DNA of 64,000 bases from an uncultured virus (IMG/VR IMGVR_UViG_3300037466_003063) (IMGVR_UViG_3300037466_003063), one strand, 5' to 3'; positions 17,859 through 28,442 are shown, numbered from the stretch's first letter. Notes: generated by a model not told the origin, from the sequence alone. Made by a program: numbers and translations.

Positions 17859-20580
17859 ATCTGGCGGAGAGCAGGAAGTCAATGAATACTACATGGCGAT
17901 GCACATGGGATTCTGCTCGGGTCCCATTGATGCGTACGTTGGCCTGCAGATCGGAGAGAAAGTCGCCTGGGAAGGTGAAGTTACCACCCAAAGCATCATC
18001 ACCGTCAGCAAGCGCGACCTCTTCGGCGGCCCCAAGAAGGAAGGCGGCGTCGCTGGCAATGTTCATTTTCTTCCTGGCGGCATAACGCAGACGCTGTCCG
18101 ATTTCCTCGCGGCCAAGCTCGGTCGCGGAACTGGCGCAAACTGCCCCGGCTTCCGAGGGCTGACCTCGTTGTTTTTCACCGGTCCGGATTTCTCTGGCGG
18201 CTCAAAGGGTCTGATCAAAGGGCGAGGTTTCTACTGGACTGCGAACAACCCGTATCTGCGCACCGTCTGGGCAGCATTCCGTCGCGCGCCGCGGGGACTC
18301 AATCCAGCTTATGCGCTGATCCCGCGCATCGGCTCGACTGGCTCCTCAACCAGCGGCTACCTGACGACGGTCAATCTCAACGCGATCACGAACGCGACGA
18401 AGATCGAAAGCGAGGCGCTGAGCACCAAGGGCATCACGATTTCCGGACTCAGCCCTGTCGATGTTCTCACGATCTCGATGCCGCTCGGGCAAACCTACAC
18501 CGCTAGCTTCAATGATCGTTATTTCGGTTTCTATTCGACTGGCTTCCGCGTCATCATGGATAGCGACCCAAGCCGCTTCTACGAATGGGTCAGCGGTCCG
18601 TACAACACCGCAGAAGAGGCTAGGGCGGCATTCCCCGGCGTAACGCTGAGCGGAGCTTCAACATACACCTTCTACATCTGGGACGACTTCGTCTCCGACA
18701 ACAGCGGCGGAGTCTCCCTCTACATCGACAAGACGAACTATAACGCGCCCGACGCCAATCCCGCGCACATGATCTACGAGTGCCTGACGAACACCGATTG
18801 GGGCATGGGCGCTCCGTCGACGATCATCGACACAGACGCATTCGAGGCAGCTGGCATCACCCTCTACGACGAGCGGCTTGGCCTGTCGATGATCTGGACG
18901 CGGCAGACGACGATCGAAGCGTTCGTCACCGAAATCCTCGACCACATCCAGGCGACCTTGTTCGTCAACCCGCGGACCGGCCTCATCACGATCAAGCTGA
19001 TGCGCGACGATTATGATGTCGCCACGCTGCGCGAGATCACGATCGACAACGCAAAGCTGTCGAACTTCCAGCGCAAGGCATGGGGCGAGATCGCCAACGA
19101 AGTCACGGTCACCTGGACGAATCCCGAGAACGAGCAGGAAGAAACCGTCACCGCGCAGGATCTCGCCGGCATCGCGACGCAGGGAACGATCATCCCGAGC
19201 GGTCGCAACTATTACGGCGTCAGGACTTCTGCGCTGGCGATGATCCTCGCATCCCGCGACCTCCGCATGTCGGCGGCACCGATCGCATCCCTGGAAGCCG
19301 AACTCGACCGCAGCGCGTGGGACTTGCTGCCAGGTGAGGTCGTCAAGGTGACATGGGCCGAGCATGGCCTGAGCAGCGTGGTGATGCGGGTCGGACCGGT
19401 CGATTATGGCAAGCCTGGTCAACCGACCATCCGTGCGTCGCTGCTCGAAGACATCTTCTCCTTCAGTTCTGCGAACTATTCGGAGCCGCCGTCGTCAGGC
19501 TGGAACAGCGGCGGTCAGGCAGCAGACGCCATGGACTATAGCCGGGTCATCACCATTCCGGCGTTCTTTGCCGCACGCCTGGGCGCAGCGGCCGATGCTG
19601 CATATCCGGAGGTCGCCGCCGGCATCCTCGCGTCGACGGACAATTCGGACGCGGTCAATTACGATGTGCTCGGCTCGGTCGTTCAGCCGGATGGAACGAC
19701 GGTCGACACGGTGCTGAGCACCAACACGATCCTCGGTCACGCGACGTTGACGGATCCATTGGTAGCCGAAGCAGAAAGCCTCGGAGTCACCTATTCCGGT
19801 CTCGTCGGTAACGTTGCTCCGGACCAGAACGTGTTCGTCTTCATCGGCGGCGATGCGACCGATGAAACGGACATGGAAGTGGGGTTGATTACGCTGAGCG
19901 GCACCGATCCGGTGTTGAAGCGCGGTCTGCTCGATACAACCCCGAAGGATTGGCCGGCAGGCACGGTGATCTGGTTCGTCTCGACTTCCTCCAGGATCAG
20001 CGACAACACCATTCGGTCTGACGGTGAAGGCGTTACCTACAAGCTGCTGATGCGCACGTCGCTCGACGTTCTCGATTCCGCCTCGGCACCGACGCTTACC
20101 GGCACGTTATTCGATCGTCCGTATCTGCCGAACCGCCCTGCAAACGTGCAGATCGACGGTGTGAGCTTCAACACGCTCGCTGATCCGGTCGACATGAGCG
20201 ATCGCGCCGATCCATGGGTGACGGTTACCTGGGCGAACCGCAACAGACTGCTCGAAGACAGTCAATTGGTCTGGTGGACCGATGCCACCATGACGCCGGA
20301 GACGGGTCAGGTGACGAAGATCCGCGTGCTGAGCCGTGACGGCGCGACGGTGCTGGCGACGCATGATGATCTTGCCGGCACGTCCTTCGACATTCCCGAT
20401 GCTTCATTCGGCACCGAGGACATCGTCATCGTCGAGGTCGGCGCGAAGCGCGTCGATTCCGATGGCACCTTTGAATCGATGCAGGCGCATCGCCTCTACG
20501 TCCGCGTCAAGGACACGACCTTCGATGAGACGATCATCACCTTCGACAACGACCTCACACCAACCTGGGATGATGACTAA
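17845..20580 (+). CDS. Central tail tip/host specificity protein (gpJ-like)
   Basis: GGPKKEGG, ANPAHMIYECLTNTDWGMG, IKLMRDDY motifs. Confidence 0.9.
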   Translation: MGGGKSGGEQEVNEYYMAMHMGFCSGPIDAYVGLQIGEKVAWEGEVTTQSIITVSKRDLFGGPKKEGGVAGNVHFLPGGITQTLSDFLAAKLGRGTGANCPGFRGLTSLFFTGPDFSGGSKGLIKGRGFYWTANNPYLRTVWAAFRRAPRGLNPAYALIPRIGSTGSSTSGYLTTVNLNAITNATKIESEALSTKGITISGLSPVDVLTISMPLGQTYTASFNDRYFGFYSTGFRVIMDSDPSRFYEWVSGPYNTAEEARAAFPGVTLSGASTYTFYIWDDFVSDNSGGVSLYIDKTNYNAPDANPAHMIYECLTNTDWGMGAPSTIIDTDAFEAAGITLYDERLGLSMIWTRQTTIEAFVTEILDHIQATLFVNPRTGLITIKLMRDDYDVATLREITIDNAKLSNFQRKAWGEIANEVTVTWTNPENEQEETVTAQDLAGIATQGTIIPSGRNYYGVRTSALAMILASRDLRMSAAPIASLEAELDRSAWDLLPGEVVKVTWAEHGLSSVVMRVGPVDYGKPGQPTIRASLLEDIFSFSSANYSEPPSSGWNSGGQAADAMDYSRVITIPAFFAARLGAAADAAYPEVAAGILASTDNSDAVNYDVLGSVVQPDGTTVDTVLSTNTILGHATLTDPLVAEAESLGVTYSGLVGNVAPDQNVFVFIGGDATDETDMEVGLITLSGTDPVLKRGLLDTTPKDWPAGTVIWFVSTSSRISDNTIRSDGEGVTYKLLMRTSLDVLDSASAPTLTGTLFDRPYLPNRPANVQIDGVSFNTLADPVDMSDRADPWVTVTWANRNRLLEDSQLVWWTDATMTPETGQVTKIRVLSRDGATVLATHDDLAGTSFDIPDASFGTEDIVIVEVGAKRVDSDGTFESMQAHRLYVRVKDTTFDETIITFDNDLTPTWDDD

Positions 20581-22095
20581 ATGGCACAGCAGATTGTCAA
20601 CCTCGGATCGACTCCGAATGACGGCACCGGCGACACGCTGCGTGACGGCGGCCAGAAGATCAACGACAACTTCACGGAACTCTATGGCTTCGTGACGGGC
20701 GTTAGCTCGTGGAAGCAGCCTGTTCGCACTGCCACGACCGCAGCATTGCCAGCGAACACTTATGCAAATGGGACGAGCGGCGTCGGCGCCACTCTGACGG
20801 GCAACGCGAACGGCGCGCTCGCCGCGCAGGACGGCGTGACCTTGGGCAGTGGCGAACGCCTCCTGGTCAAAGACGAGGCGACCTCCTCGCACAACGGCGT
20901 CTACGTGGTGACGCAGGTCGGCGACGCGTCGAACCCCTACATTCTCACCCGAGCGTCAGACTCGGATCAAGGCACCGAATTGCCTGGAGCCGCCGTCAAG
21001 GTCACAGAAGGGAGCACCAACGCCGACACCGAGTTTGTCTGCACAACTGACGGCCCCGTGACGATTGGGACGACGGCGCTAACCTTCGTGCGACCGACCG
21101 GCACTGGCTTGCAGCCTGCGAACAACCTGTCTGACGTATCGAGCAAAGTGGCTGCCAAGGACAACATCTCGATCAAAGGCGCAGACATCGCCTCGGCTGC
21201 GACGACAGACCTGTCTGCGGCCACGGGCGATTTCGTCAACATCACCGGAACCACGACGATCACGAGCTTCGGTACGGCTGCAGCTGGCGTCGAGCGGACG
21301 CTGCGCTTCACTGGAGCGCTGACGCTGACGCACAACGCGACATCGCTGATCCTGCCGACCTCGGCAAACATCACGACGGCGGCCGGAGATACGGCGCGAT
21401 TCCGCTCGCTCGGCTCGGGGAATTGGGTGTGCGTTGGTTATCAGAAGGCCAACGGGCAGGCGCTCGCTGGAAGCTCATCCGGTTCACTGACGCTGCCGAG
21501 CATTCGCTTTACCAACATTGTCGGCGGCGGTTCTACCGTCAGTCTATCTGGTGCTGTCGCCGGAGACGATTTCTATATTTTGGGTTCAGGCGGAGACGCC
21601 CCGACTATTCCAGCTGGCTGGTCGATCGTCGGTTATTCTCCGTCAAACTCCGGCTGGAACGGGTTTACGATTTACAAAAGACTGACGGCGGCTGACATCA
21701 CCGCCGGTAGCGTCACGATCAATTGGTCAGGTGGATGGACGAGGATCATGGCGGGCGTCTGCCTAGTCGGAGCCGCTAGTGGGATCAACTTTTCTCTGTT
21801 CAAAGTCGTCGCCAATTCCTTGGCATCGCTCCATAACGGCAAGGCATGGGCGATCGGCCGCGTCGAAGCAAACACGAAACTGCTCATCTTCTTGTCTTGC
21901 CGTGGCAACTCCGCGAACACGTCCGACATAGGCACGAAGCTGCAAGAATTTAGGGATACAGGCAGCGGGACAGGATCAGGTGCGCTTTGGGTCGCCGATC
22001 TCACAAGCGAGGGAATGCACGGCCCGACATTCACGTTCGGTTCTATAGGCGGTTACGAGATTCACATATTCGCTATCGCAGTACGCGGAACCTAA
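20581..22095 (+). CDS. Tail fibre/receptor-binding protein
   Basis: N-terminal NLGSTPNDGTGDTLRDGGQKINDNFTELY; RLLVKDE..NGVYV; NNLSDV; lower-GC variable C-terminus. Confidence 0.85.
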   Translation: MAQQIVNLGSTPNDGTGDTLRDGGQKINDNFTELYGFVTGVSSWKQPVRTATTAALPANTYANGTSGVGATLTGNANGALAAQDGVTLGSGERLLVKDEATSSHNGVYVVTQVGDASNPYILTRASDSDQGTELPGAAVKVTEGSTNADTEFVCTTDGPVTIGTTALTFVRPTGTGLQPANNLSDVSSKVAAKDNISIKGADIASAATTDLSAATGDFVNITGTTTITSFGTAAAGVERTLRFTGALTLTHNATSLILPTSANITTAAGDTARFRSLGSGNWVCVGYQKANGQALAGSSSGSLTLPSIRFTNIVGGGSTVSLSGAVAGDDFYILGSGGDAPTIPAGWSIVGYSPSNSGWNGFTIYKRLTAADITAGSVTINWSGGWTRIMAGVCLVGAASGINFSLFKVVANSLASLHNGKAWAIGRVEANTKLLIFLSCRGNSANTSDIGTKLQEFRDTGSGTGSGALWVADLTSEGMHGPTFTFGSIGGYEIHIFAIAVRGT

Positions 22096-22162
22096 GCAGG
22101 CTTCTCAGGCCGTCAAATCTCTGTTATCAATTTCAACCGTTTAGTGATGGAGCACTGCTACA

Positions 22163-22522
22163 GTGATTCTTTTGCTTGCCATCATTGCGATCATCTGCGC
22201 GGTGGCAGCAATAGCGGTGCTCGCCCGCACCTATAGCCTGCCGCGGCTGTGGCGCGTCGCGCTGCGCGCGGCTCCGCTGCGCATGTGGGTGCTGTTCGGT
22301 GCCGGTCCCGTGCTCACCGTCTGTGCCGGCGTGCTGGTCTACATCGTGTGGCAGGGCGGCTGGCCGATCTCGCTGCGGGACAAGCAGTTGAGCATCATCG
22401 GCGTTGCCCTGTTTGGCACCCTCGCGCTGCTCGCGCTGGTCTTCGCCAAGATCGCCGGCGCAAAGGTCAAGGGAACCGGGCCGCTCGGCACCAGCCTCGA
22501 CATCGACGGGAGCGGCCAGTGA
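22163..22522 (+). CDS. Membrane protein, holin candidate
   Basis: 3 hydrophobic segments, coupled to the endolysin gene. Confidence 0.6.
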   Translation: MILLLAIIAIICAVAAIAVLARTYSLPRLWRVALRAAPLRMWVLFGAGPVLTVCAGVLVYIVWQGGWPISLRDKQLSIIGVALFGTLALLALVFAKIAGAKVKGTGPLGTSLDIDGSGQ

Positions 22523-23220
22523 ACGTCTACGAGCTTCAGATCGAACTGGTCCGCTGCGGCACGCTCAGCCAGTCTGACATCGACGGTAAATGGGGACCGA
22601 AGACCCGCCTCGCTACCCTGGCGGCGCTGAGTAACGGCCCCGATACGCTCTGCACCGAGGCGGACTTCCAAGCGGCCGCGACCGAGCTTGGCTGCGATCC
22701 GGTCAAAGTTCGCGTTATTCACGAGGTCGAGTCGTCGGGCAATCCGTTCGTCGACGGTCGCCCCTCGATCCTGCCCGAGCCGCATCGGTTCAGCCGCGCG
22801 ACCGGTCATCAGTATGACGCGTCGCACCCGACGATCTCGTCGCTGAAGTGGAACAAGGCGCTCTATCCCAAGACGCAGGCAGCGCGGTGGGAGATGCTGC
22901 TGGACATGGTCGCGCTCAACGTCGACGCGGGCTTCGCCTCGGCGTCGTACGGCGGCTTCCAGATCCTCGGCGAGAACTTCAAGCGCTGCGGCTTCTACAG
23001 CCCGTGGGCCTTCGCGCTCGCAGAGTCGACCACTGAGGGTCACCAGCTACGGGCGTTCGTCCAGTTCATCAAGGGCGACGTGAACCTGTGGACGGCGCTG
23101 CGCCGCGGCGATTGGGTGACCGTCGCTAAGCGGTACAATGGCACCAGTTTTCGTCTTAATCGCTACGATGCACGGCTGGCGCAAGCGGAGCGCGAAATCC
23201 TGCGGAAGCGAGACCTATGA
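22519..23220 (+). CDS. Endolysin, N-acetylmuramidase (DUF3380) with PG-binding remnant
   Basis: IDGKWGPKT; VESSG..ILPEPHRF; SASYGGFQILGENF; AKRYNG. Confidence 0.92.
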   Translation: MNVYELQIELVRCGTLSQSDIDGKWGPKTRLATLAALSNGPDTLCTEADFQAAATELGCDPVKVRVIHEVESSGNPFVDGRPSILPEPHRFSRATGHQYDASHPTISSLKWNKALYPKTQAARWEMLLDMVALNVDAGFASASYGGFQILGENFKRCGFYSPWAFALAESTTEGHQLRAFVQFIKGDVNLWTALRRGDWVTVAKRYNGTSFRLNRYDARLAQAEREILRKRDL

Positions 23221-23819
23221 GTCTCGATCTCCGCACCACGGCCGAACGCCTCGCGCCAAATCCATCGAAGCATTATCTCGGTCGACTTTGTGTCCGTCGT
23301 CACGATGCCGGCAGCGGTAAATCATGGAGGCACAAGGGTCACCGAAACTGTCTCCAGTGTATGCGCGAACGGACGATGGAGTGGAAGCAGACGGGCGACA
23401 ACCGACTGCGTGCAAACCGAACCACTGCGCGTCGCGACGCAGTACGCGGAAAAGCGGTAGGTCGTGCTCAGCATCCTTTCACCATTCACATCAGCAGCAA
23501 GCGCGGTCAGGCCAAGGTCAAAAGCATTCCGTTCAATTTGACCGTTGATTGGGCGAAGATTCAATGGCGCGAGCAGCAGGGCCGCTGCTTCTGGACGCAA
23601 CAGCCGCTAGATTTCTTCGTCGGAGGCGATCGCCATCCGCTACGCCCGTCTCTTGATCGAATCATTCCGAGTCGCGGCTACGTTCAGGGCAACGTCGTAT
23701 GGTCATCGAACTTCGCCAACCGCGCGCGAGGTGAACTGGAGGCTGTCGAATTCGCGCAACTGATGCGCTCCTTCGGCTTCAAGCTCCAACTCGCACCAAT
23801 TTCCTCGGAGGCATTATGA
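23217..23819 (+). CDS. HNH-type endonuclease
   Basis: QQGRCFWT, PSLDRI....GYVQGNVVW...ANR. Confidence 0.8.
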   Translation: MSLDLRTTAERLAPNPSKHYLGRLCVRRHDAGSGKSWRHKGHRNCLQCMRERTMEWKQTGDNRLRANRTTARRDAVRGKAVGRAQHPFTIHISSKRGQAKVKSIPFNLTVDWAKIQWREQQGRCFWTQQPLDFFVGGDRHPLRPSLDRIIPSRGYVQGNVVWSSNFANRARGELEAVEFAQLMRSFGFKLQLAPISSEAL

Positions 23820-24073
23820 GACCGATCCTGCTTGTCGCGGGCGCCGCCTTGGCGTGCGTCGCCGCTGCACCGGCGCAAGCGCCGAATGTCAAGTTCAGCG
23901 ACGTGATCGCCATCTGCCGCGAAACGTTTCTGCACAACCCCGAGAGGGGCAAGCAGCAGTTCGAGGCGCTGCCCGAGAAGACGAAACCCTTCGCCGCTCT
24001 GATCTGCATCGCGTACCGTCAGGGCGCGGTCGACCTGCTGCAGGCGTCAGGCAAGGCATCTCCCGATGCCTGA
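23816..24073 (+). CDS. Small exported hypothetical protein
   Basis: Signal-peptide-like N-terminus, two further Cys. Confidence 0.6.
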   Translation: MRPILLVAGAALACVAAAPAQAPNVKFSDVIAICRETFLHNPERGKQQFEALPEKTKPFAALICIAYRQGAVDLLQASGKASPDA

Positions 24074-24530
24074 GGTCGGTATAGCATCGAAGGTCGGCAA
24101 ATGGCTGCTCGGCAAGCTGTGGCCGATCGGCGCAATCGCGGGTCTCGCGCTCAGCATCTATCTAGGGATCCAGATCATCGGTCTGAAACACGACCTCAAG
24201 ACATGCAACAACGACAAGGCGTCGCTCCAATCCCAGAATACGCAGCTGACGCGAAACCTGGCCCAGGCCCAGACGAACGTCAGCCAGTTGCAGAACGCTC
24301 TGAACCAGCAGAACGCTCAGCTGCGTAGCCTATCGGCGGAATCCACCGCCAAGCTCGACGCGCTGAGCAAAGGCGTGGAGGGAGCGAACCGCAACTCCGC
24401 CGCCACCGACCAGCGCGTGCGGAACTTCCTCTCCTACAACCCCGAAGGCGCTGACGTTTGCGCTCGCGTCCTCAAGATCGATCGCAAGTTCGTCGAGTCC
24501 CTTCTCGATGACAAGGTGACAGGCCGATGA
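24066..24530 (+). CDS. Inner-membrane spanin (Rz-like)
   Basis: N-terminal TM then Gln/Asn coiled coil. Confidence 0.75.
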   Translation: MPEVGIASKVGKWLLGKLWPIGAIAGLALSIYLGIQIIGLKHDLKTCNNDKASLQSQNTQLTRNLAQAQTNVSQLQNALNQQNAQLRSLSAESTAKLDALSKGVEGANRNSAATDQRVRNFLSYNPEGADVCARVLKIDRKFVESLLDDKVTGR

Positions 24531-24874
24531 GCGAGGGAATCCGCGACATCATGCCCGAAGGTTTGGGCGGCATATTTCGCCGCCTCTGGCGAGCGCCGCT
24601 GACCGGCTTCCTGCTGTTCGTTCTCGCCGGCTGTCACACGACTGGAGCGATCCCGCCTGAGCCGCGCATCGTCATCCAGGAGAAGGTCACTCCGGTTCAC
24701 GCGCCCTGCACGCCGTCGAACGTTGCACCTGCACCTTCCTATCCCGACACCGACGAGGCGCTGCGGAACGCTGCGGGCGCCGACGAGCGCTACAAGCTGG
24801 TCATCGCGGGTCGCGAGTTGCGTAACGCCCGTCTCGGCGTGGTCGAGCCGGTCATCGAGGGATGCCGCAAGTGA
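24527..24874 (+). CDS. Outer-membrane spanin lipoprotein (Rz1-like)
   Basis: LAGC lipobox, Pro-rich. Confidence 0.75.
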   Translation: MSEGIRDIMPEGLGGIFRRLWRAPLTGFLLFVLAGCHTTGAIPPEPRIVIQEKVTPVHAPCTPSNVAPAPSYPDTDEALRNAAGADERYKLVIAGRELRNARLGVVEPVIEGCRK

Positions 24875-25131
24875 GCGTACTGAGCCAGTTCAACAACACG
24901 TTCGAGCACATCCCTTCAGGCGTGAAGGCGAGTGCTGACATACTTTCCTTCAGCGTCATCCTCGGAACGCTGTTCAACCACCTGCCGTCGATCGCCGCAG
25001 GGCTGTCGATCGTCTGGTCGGCAATCCGCATCTACGAGACTCGCACGGTGCGCAGTCTGCTCGCGAAACTGCAGCCGCGATTCATCCGCCTGATCGCGCG
25101 CTTCCGGAGAACTCCCGACAACAGCAACTAG
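24871..25131 (+). CDS. Small membrane protein, holin-like
   Basis: D.LS..VILGTL...LPSIAA.LSIVW..IRIYET pattern. Confidence 0.6.
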   Translation: MSVLSQFNNTFEHIPSGVKASADILSFSVILGTLFNHLPSIAAGLSIVWSAIRIYETRTVRSLLAKLQPRFIRLIARFRRTPDNSN

Positions 25132-25138
25132 GAGGTCT

Positions 25139-26380
25139 ATGACCGCCGAGCCTCACATCGACCCGTTGCTCAAGCAATGGGCGACCGATCGCGAAGCCGA
25201 GATCATCGACGCCGTGAATTTCCACGGTTCAGCCCGCAAGGCCCTACCAGCACTAGGGCTGAAGGCGTATAGCAATGTGACCCGCGCGATCCGCAACGTG
25301 AAGCGGAAGGCTGCCATCGCTGGCTACTCGCCAGAGCATGACATGGATCGGACCGTCCCCGAGCCGTTCGTCGTTCGCGGCGTGTCGACCTATTATGACA
25401 AAGAGGGCGAACGCCGCGGGCAATGGGTCAAAAGCCGTCTCGATGACCAGGCGTATCAGGCGGCGGTGCAGGAGGCCATCGGTGCGTTTCTTTCGACCGT
25501 CGCGCCGCTGGCGGTCCAGCCCGCGCCCCTCGACTTTCAGGGCGACATCATTCCGTGGATCCAGATCGGCGATGCGCACATCGGGTTGCTCTGCCACGCG
25601 GCCGAGGTAGGCGAGAATTTCGACCTGAAGATCGCCGAGACGGAGCTACTGGCAGCAATCAAAATCCTGATTGATGAGCTTCCTGCCTGCGAGCGCTTGG
25701 TCATCAACGATCTCGGGGACTTCACGCATTTTGAAAACTTCAGCGGAACGACCGAGGCGAGCGGTCACGCGCTCGATTACGACACCCGCTTCCCGAAGAT
25801 GATCAAGGTCTATAGCCGCATCATGCGCGCTATCATCGATATGGCGCTCAGCAAGGCCGCTAACGTCGACGTGATCATCAACCAGGGCAACCATAGCCGC
25901 ACGAACGACATCTGGATGGCCGAGCTTCTGCGTGTCGCCTATGGCGATAGCGGGCGCGTCAACGTGCTGAACAACGATTCCGTCTTCATCGGCTATCGCA
26001 TGGGCAAGACGCTCGTCGTCGTTCACCACAGCGACAAGACCAAAGCGAAGGATCTCGTCGGCGTGATGATCACCGACTTCAGGAAGGACTTCGGTGAGAC
26101 CGAGTTTCACTACGTCGACACGGGCCACGTGCATCACAGCATGGTGATGAAAGAGCACCCGAGCATCCAGATCGAGGCGTTCAACCACCTCGCCGCGACC
26201 GACAAATGGGCCAACGACGCCGGCTACCGAGCACGCAAGTCGATCACGATCGTGCTTCGGAGCAGAACCTATGGTGAGGTAGGTCGGCGATTGCTGCCGA
26301 TTCAGGAGATCAGGGACAGACTGGCAAAGCTGCCAGTTGGAACATCAGCGCTGAAGACACGTCAGGCATTCACAGTCTAG
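25139..26380 (+). CDS. Calcineurin-like metallophosphoesterase with N-terminal HTH
   Basis: GDAHIG, LGDFTH, GNH, HH.D, GHVHH motifs. Confidence 0.8.
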   Translation: MTAEPHIDPLLKQWATDREAEIIDAVNFHGSARKALPALGLKAYSNVTRAIRNVKRKAAIAGYSPEHDMDRTVPEPFVVRGVSTYYDKEGERRGQWVKSRLDDQAYQAAVQEAIGAFLSTVAPLAVQPAPLDFQGDIIPWIQIGDAHIGLLCHAAEVGENFDLKIAETELLAAIKILIDELPACERLVINDLGDFTHFENFSGTTEASGHALDYDTRFPKMIKVYSRIMRAIIDMALSKAANVDVIINQGNHSRTNDIWMAELLRVAYGDSGRVNVLNNDSVFIGYRMGKTLVVVHHSDKTKAKDLVGVMITDFRKDFGETEFHYVDTGHVHHSMVMKEHPSIQIEAFNHLAATDKWANDAGYRARKSITIVLRSRTYGEVGRRLLPIQEIRDRLAKLPVGTSALKTRQAFTV

Positions 26381-26714
26381 TTGCGCGCGTGCCGTTGGCA
26401 CTCTCGGCGGCAGCTGCGGTGATCGCTGCAGCGGTGCAGCGGTCCTGCCCGACAAGGACATGGACGCCGATCCTGTGACAGAAGCCGATCTCGACGGCTT
26501 CATATTTGCCTACAGCGGTGATTGCGCGCATCACCTGGCCGAATGCCAGATGACAGTTCTTCAAACGCATGAATCCGATAAGCTCGTCGGCGCAGCGGCG
26601 ACCGTATGCCGTGTCGGTGGCGTAATCGCCGGTTCGTCGCGGCGCCCATAGATTTTGCTTATCGTGAACAAATGACAAGTCTGTCAGCGTGACAACTTTT
26701 GCAAGCATCCCCAT
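26370..26714 (-). CDS. Hypothetical protein
   Basis: ORF with SD GAGGGG. Confidence 0.55.
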   Translation of the reverse strand: MGMLAKVVTLTDLSFVHDKQNLWAPRRTGDYATDTAYGRRCADELIGFMRLKNCHLAFGQVMRAITAVGKYEAVEIGFCHRIGVHVLVGQDRCTAAAITAAAAESANGTRATRL

Positions 26715-27082
26715 ACCCCCTCTGACGCTCCTAATATAAACTGGTGCCGGTCGAATCGCTGCCGACCGTCGAGTCGTGATTTAGTGGACTAATTCAACTT
26801 TTTGTTCAATAGGGTTGAAGAATCGAAAAGACAAAAATTTAACTTGACGAAAGCGAATTTCGATTACTGGTTTTTCACTGCCGTCAGCACCTGCGATTCG
26901 GAAGGGATGCGCGGTCGGCTTCCTCATAGAGAAGCGGCGCATCGGCACCAGATCGGCGAGGTTGTACGTTCGACTAACATAATAGAATTCTTCGACAAAC
27001 GACGGCGTCAAGAACAGCGAATAATAGCCTTGGCACTCCTCGCGCTCGGCTTCGCGGCCGCGCGTCACGACGATACGCAACA

Positions 27083-27256
27083 TCAGTCGACTCCCGCCAG
27101 GTTACGCAGAACGGTTTCCATTCTGAACTGAACGAAGCTCGGGATTTGCTCGCCGCGTTGAAAGGCGAGGGCGGCCTCAGCTGCGAGCCTCATTTCTCCG
27201 AGGTTGAGGTCTGGACGAAGCGGACGAGCTTCAGTGATTTTCACCGGCCAGGGCAT
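27083..27256 (-). CDS. Hypothetical protein
   Basis: TGATG coupling to the methyltransferase gene. Confidence 0.55.
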   Translation of the reverse strand: MPWPVKITEARPLRPDLNLGEMRLAAEAALAFQRGEQIPSFVQFRMETVLRNLAGVD

Positions 27257-27966
27257 CAGAGCAGCGCCTCGAACTCGTCGCGTTCGGCGAGAATGTTGGA
27301 GGACAGGCGGCGGATCGGATGATATGTCGGATCGCCGACATGATCTGCGTCCCAGACGGTCCAAAGCACGTCCATGAGCGGACTGTTGCCGCGTTCCTTT
27401 TCAAGGAAGGATGGTCGCCACGTCAGCGGATAGATACGCGCCGGCGGATGGTCGTCGAACAGTTTCAAGCGCTTCGCTGCGTGCCAGTATTGCGATTTGA
27501 GCAGCATCGCCACGACGCGTGCTTGGCCGACAGCGTGCCTGATAAACTGATCGGCTACGATGAACGGTGGGTTGGTGATGATCGCGTCGTAGCCGTTTCC
27601 AGCAACGTTGCTCTTGAGGAAATCGACACCTCCGGAGCCGTAACCTGAATCCTCGCGCAGTTCTGTGGCGTCAACTTTATAGCCGCACGCAAGCAGGACT
27701 TCGGCCATCGCGCCATCGCCGCACGCCGGTTCGAGCACCGAAGAACCGACTGGCAGGATGTCCATAATGTGTGGCACCAAGCTATAGGTCACATCGGCCG
27801 GCGTCGGGTAGAAGTCGGCCGGTTTGCGCTCCCAGGTCTGCATTGCGCCGACGATCGCGGAAGCGACGTTGCTGAGCGGCGACTTAGGAATGACGCCCGA
27901 TGACTCCATCACATCGGCGGAGATGAGGTAGTCGAAGCTGTCGTTGTCCACTGCGGCGTCCATCAC
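27256..27966 (-). CDS. DNA amino-methyltransferase (m6A/m4C-type)
   Basis: DFYPTP, LEPACGDG (motif I), ITNPPF (motif IV). Confidence 0.85.
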   Translation of the reverse strand: MMDAAVDNDSFDYLISADVMESSGVIPKSPLSNVASAIVGAMQTWERKPADFYPTPADVTYSLVPHIMDILPVGSSVLEPACGDGAMAEVLLACGYKVDATELREDSGYGSGGVDFLKSNVAGNGYDAIITNPPFIVADQFIRHAVGQARVVAMLLKSQYWHAAKRLKLFDDHPPARIYPLTWRPSFLEKERGNSPLMDVLWTVWDADHVGDPTYHPIRRLSSNILAERDEFEALL

Positions 27967-28442
27967 AGCAGCGCCTCGAACTCGTCCACCGCAGCGGTCG
28001 TCATCGTGATGCTGTGGAGGTTCGGCTGCGGGTCTTTGCCCCAGATACGGTCCAACACTTCGTCGATGATCCCGTCGATCGTCTTGTCGTCGACGAAGCC
28101 GCGGCGGCTCAGAACGTATCGAATACCATCATCCACCGCCGATCCGTCGACTTCGCTCGCCTCTGTGAACTGGTGTCGGCTGTCGTCCCGATGCGCCTGG
28201 TGGATGCTTCCTTCCGTGTCCTCGCCGGCGCGCTTCCGCTCCAGCATCTTGCCGAACCTGATCCGCAGCACCTTCTCGATCGCGACGAGCGGGTCGCGGT
28301 CGTGCTCGACCGTCCATCCATCGCCGGCATTCGCCAGGTTCGCCTGATGGCCGCGCTCAGAGCCGAACCAGACATGCAGTCGCATCTTCCCCTGACCGCA
28401 GGCGAGGCGCAGTAAATCGAGGAGGTCAGGAGTGTTCGACAT
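27963..28442 (-). CDS. Hypothetical protein
   Basis: Coupled ORF in operon; ends DEFEALL. Confidence 0.7.
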   Translation of the reverse strand: MSNTPDLLDLLRLACGQGKMRLHVWFGSERGHQANLANAGDGWTVEHDRDPLVAIEKVLRIRFGKMLERKRAGEDTEGSIHQAHRDDSRHQFTEASEVDGSAVDDGIRYVLSRRGFVDDKTIDGIIDEVLDRIWGKDPQPNLHSITMTTAAVDEFEALL

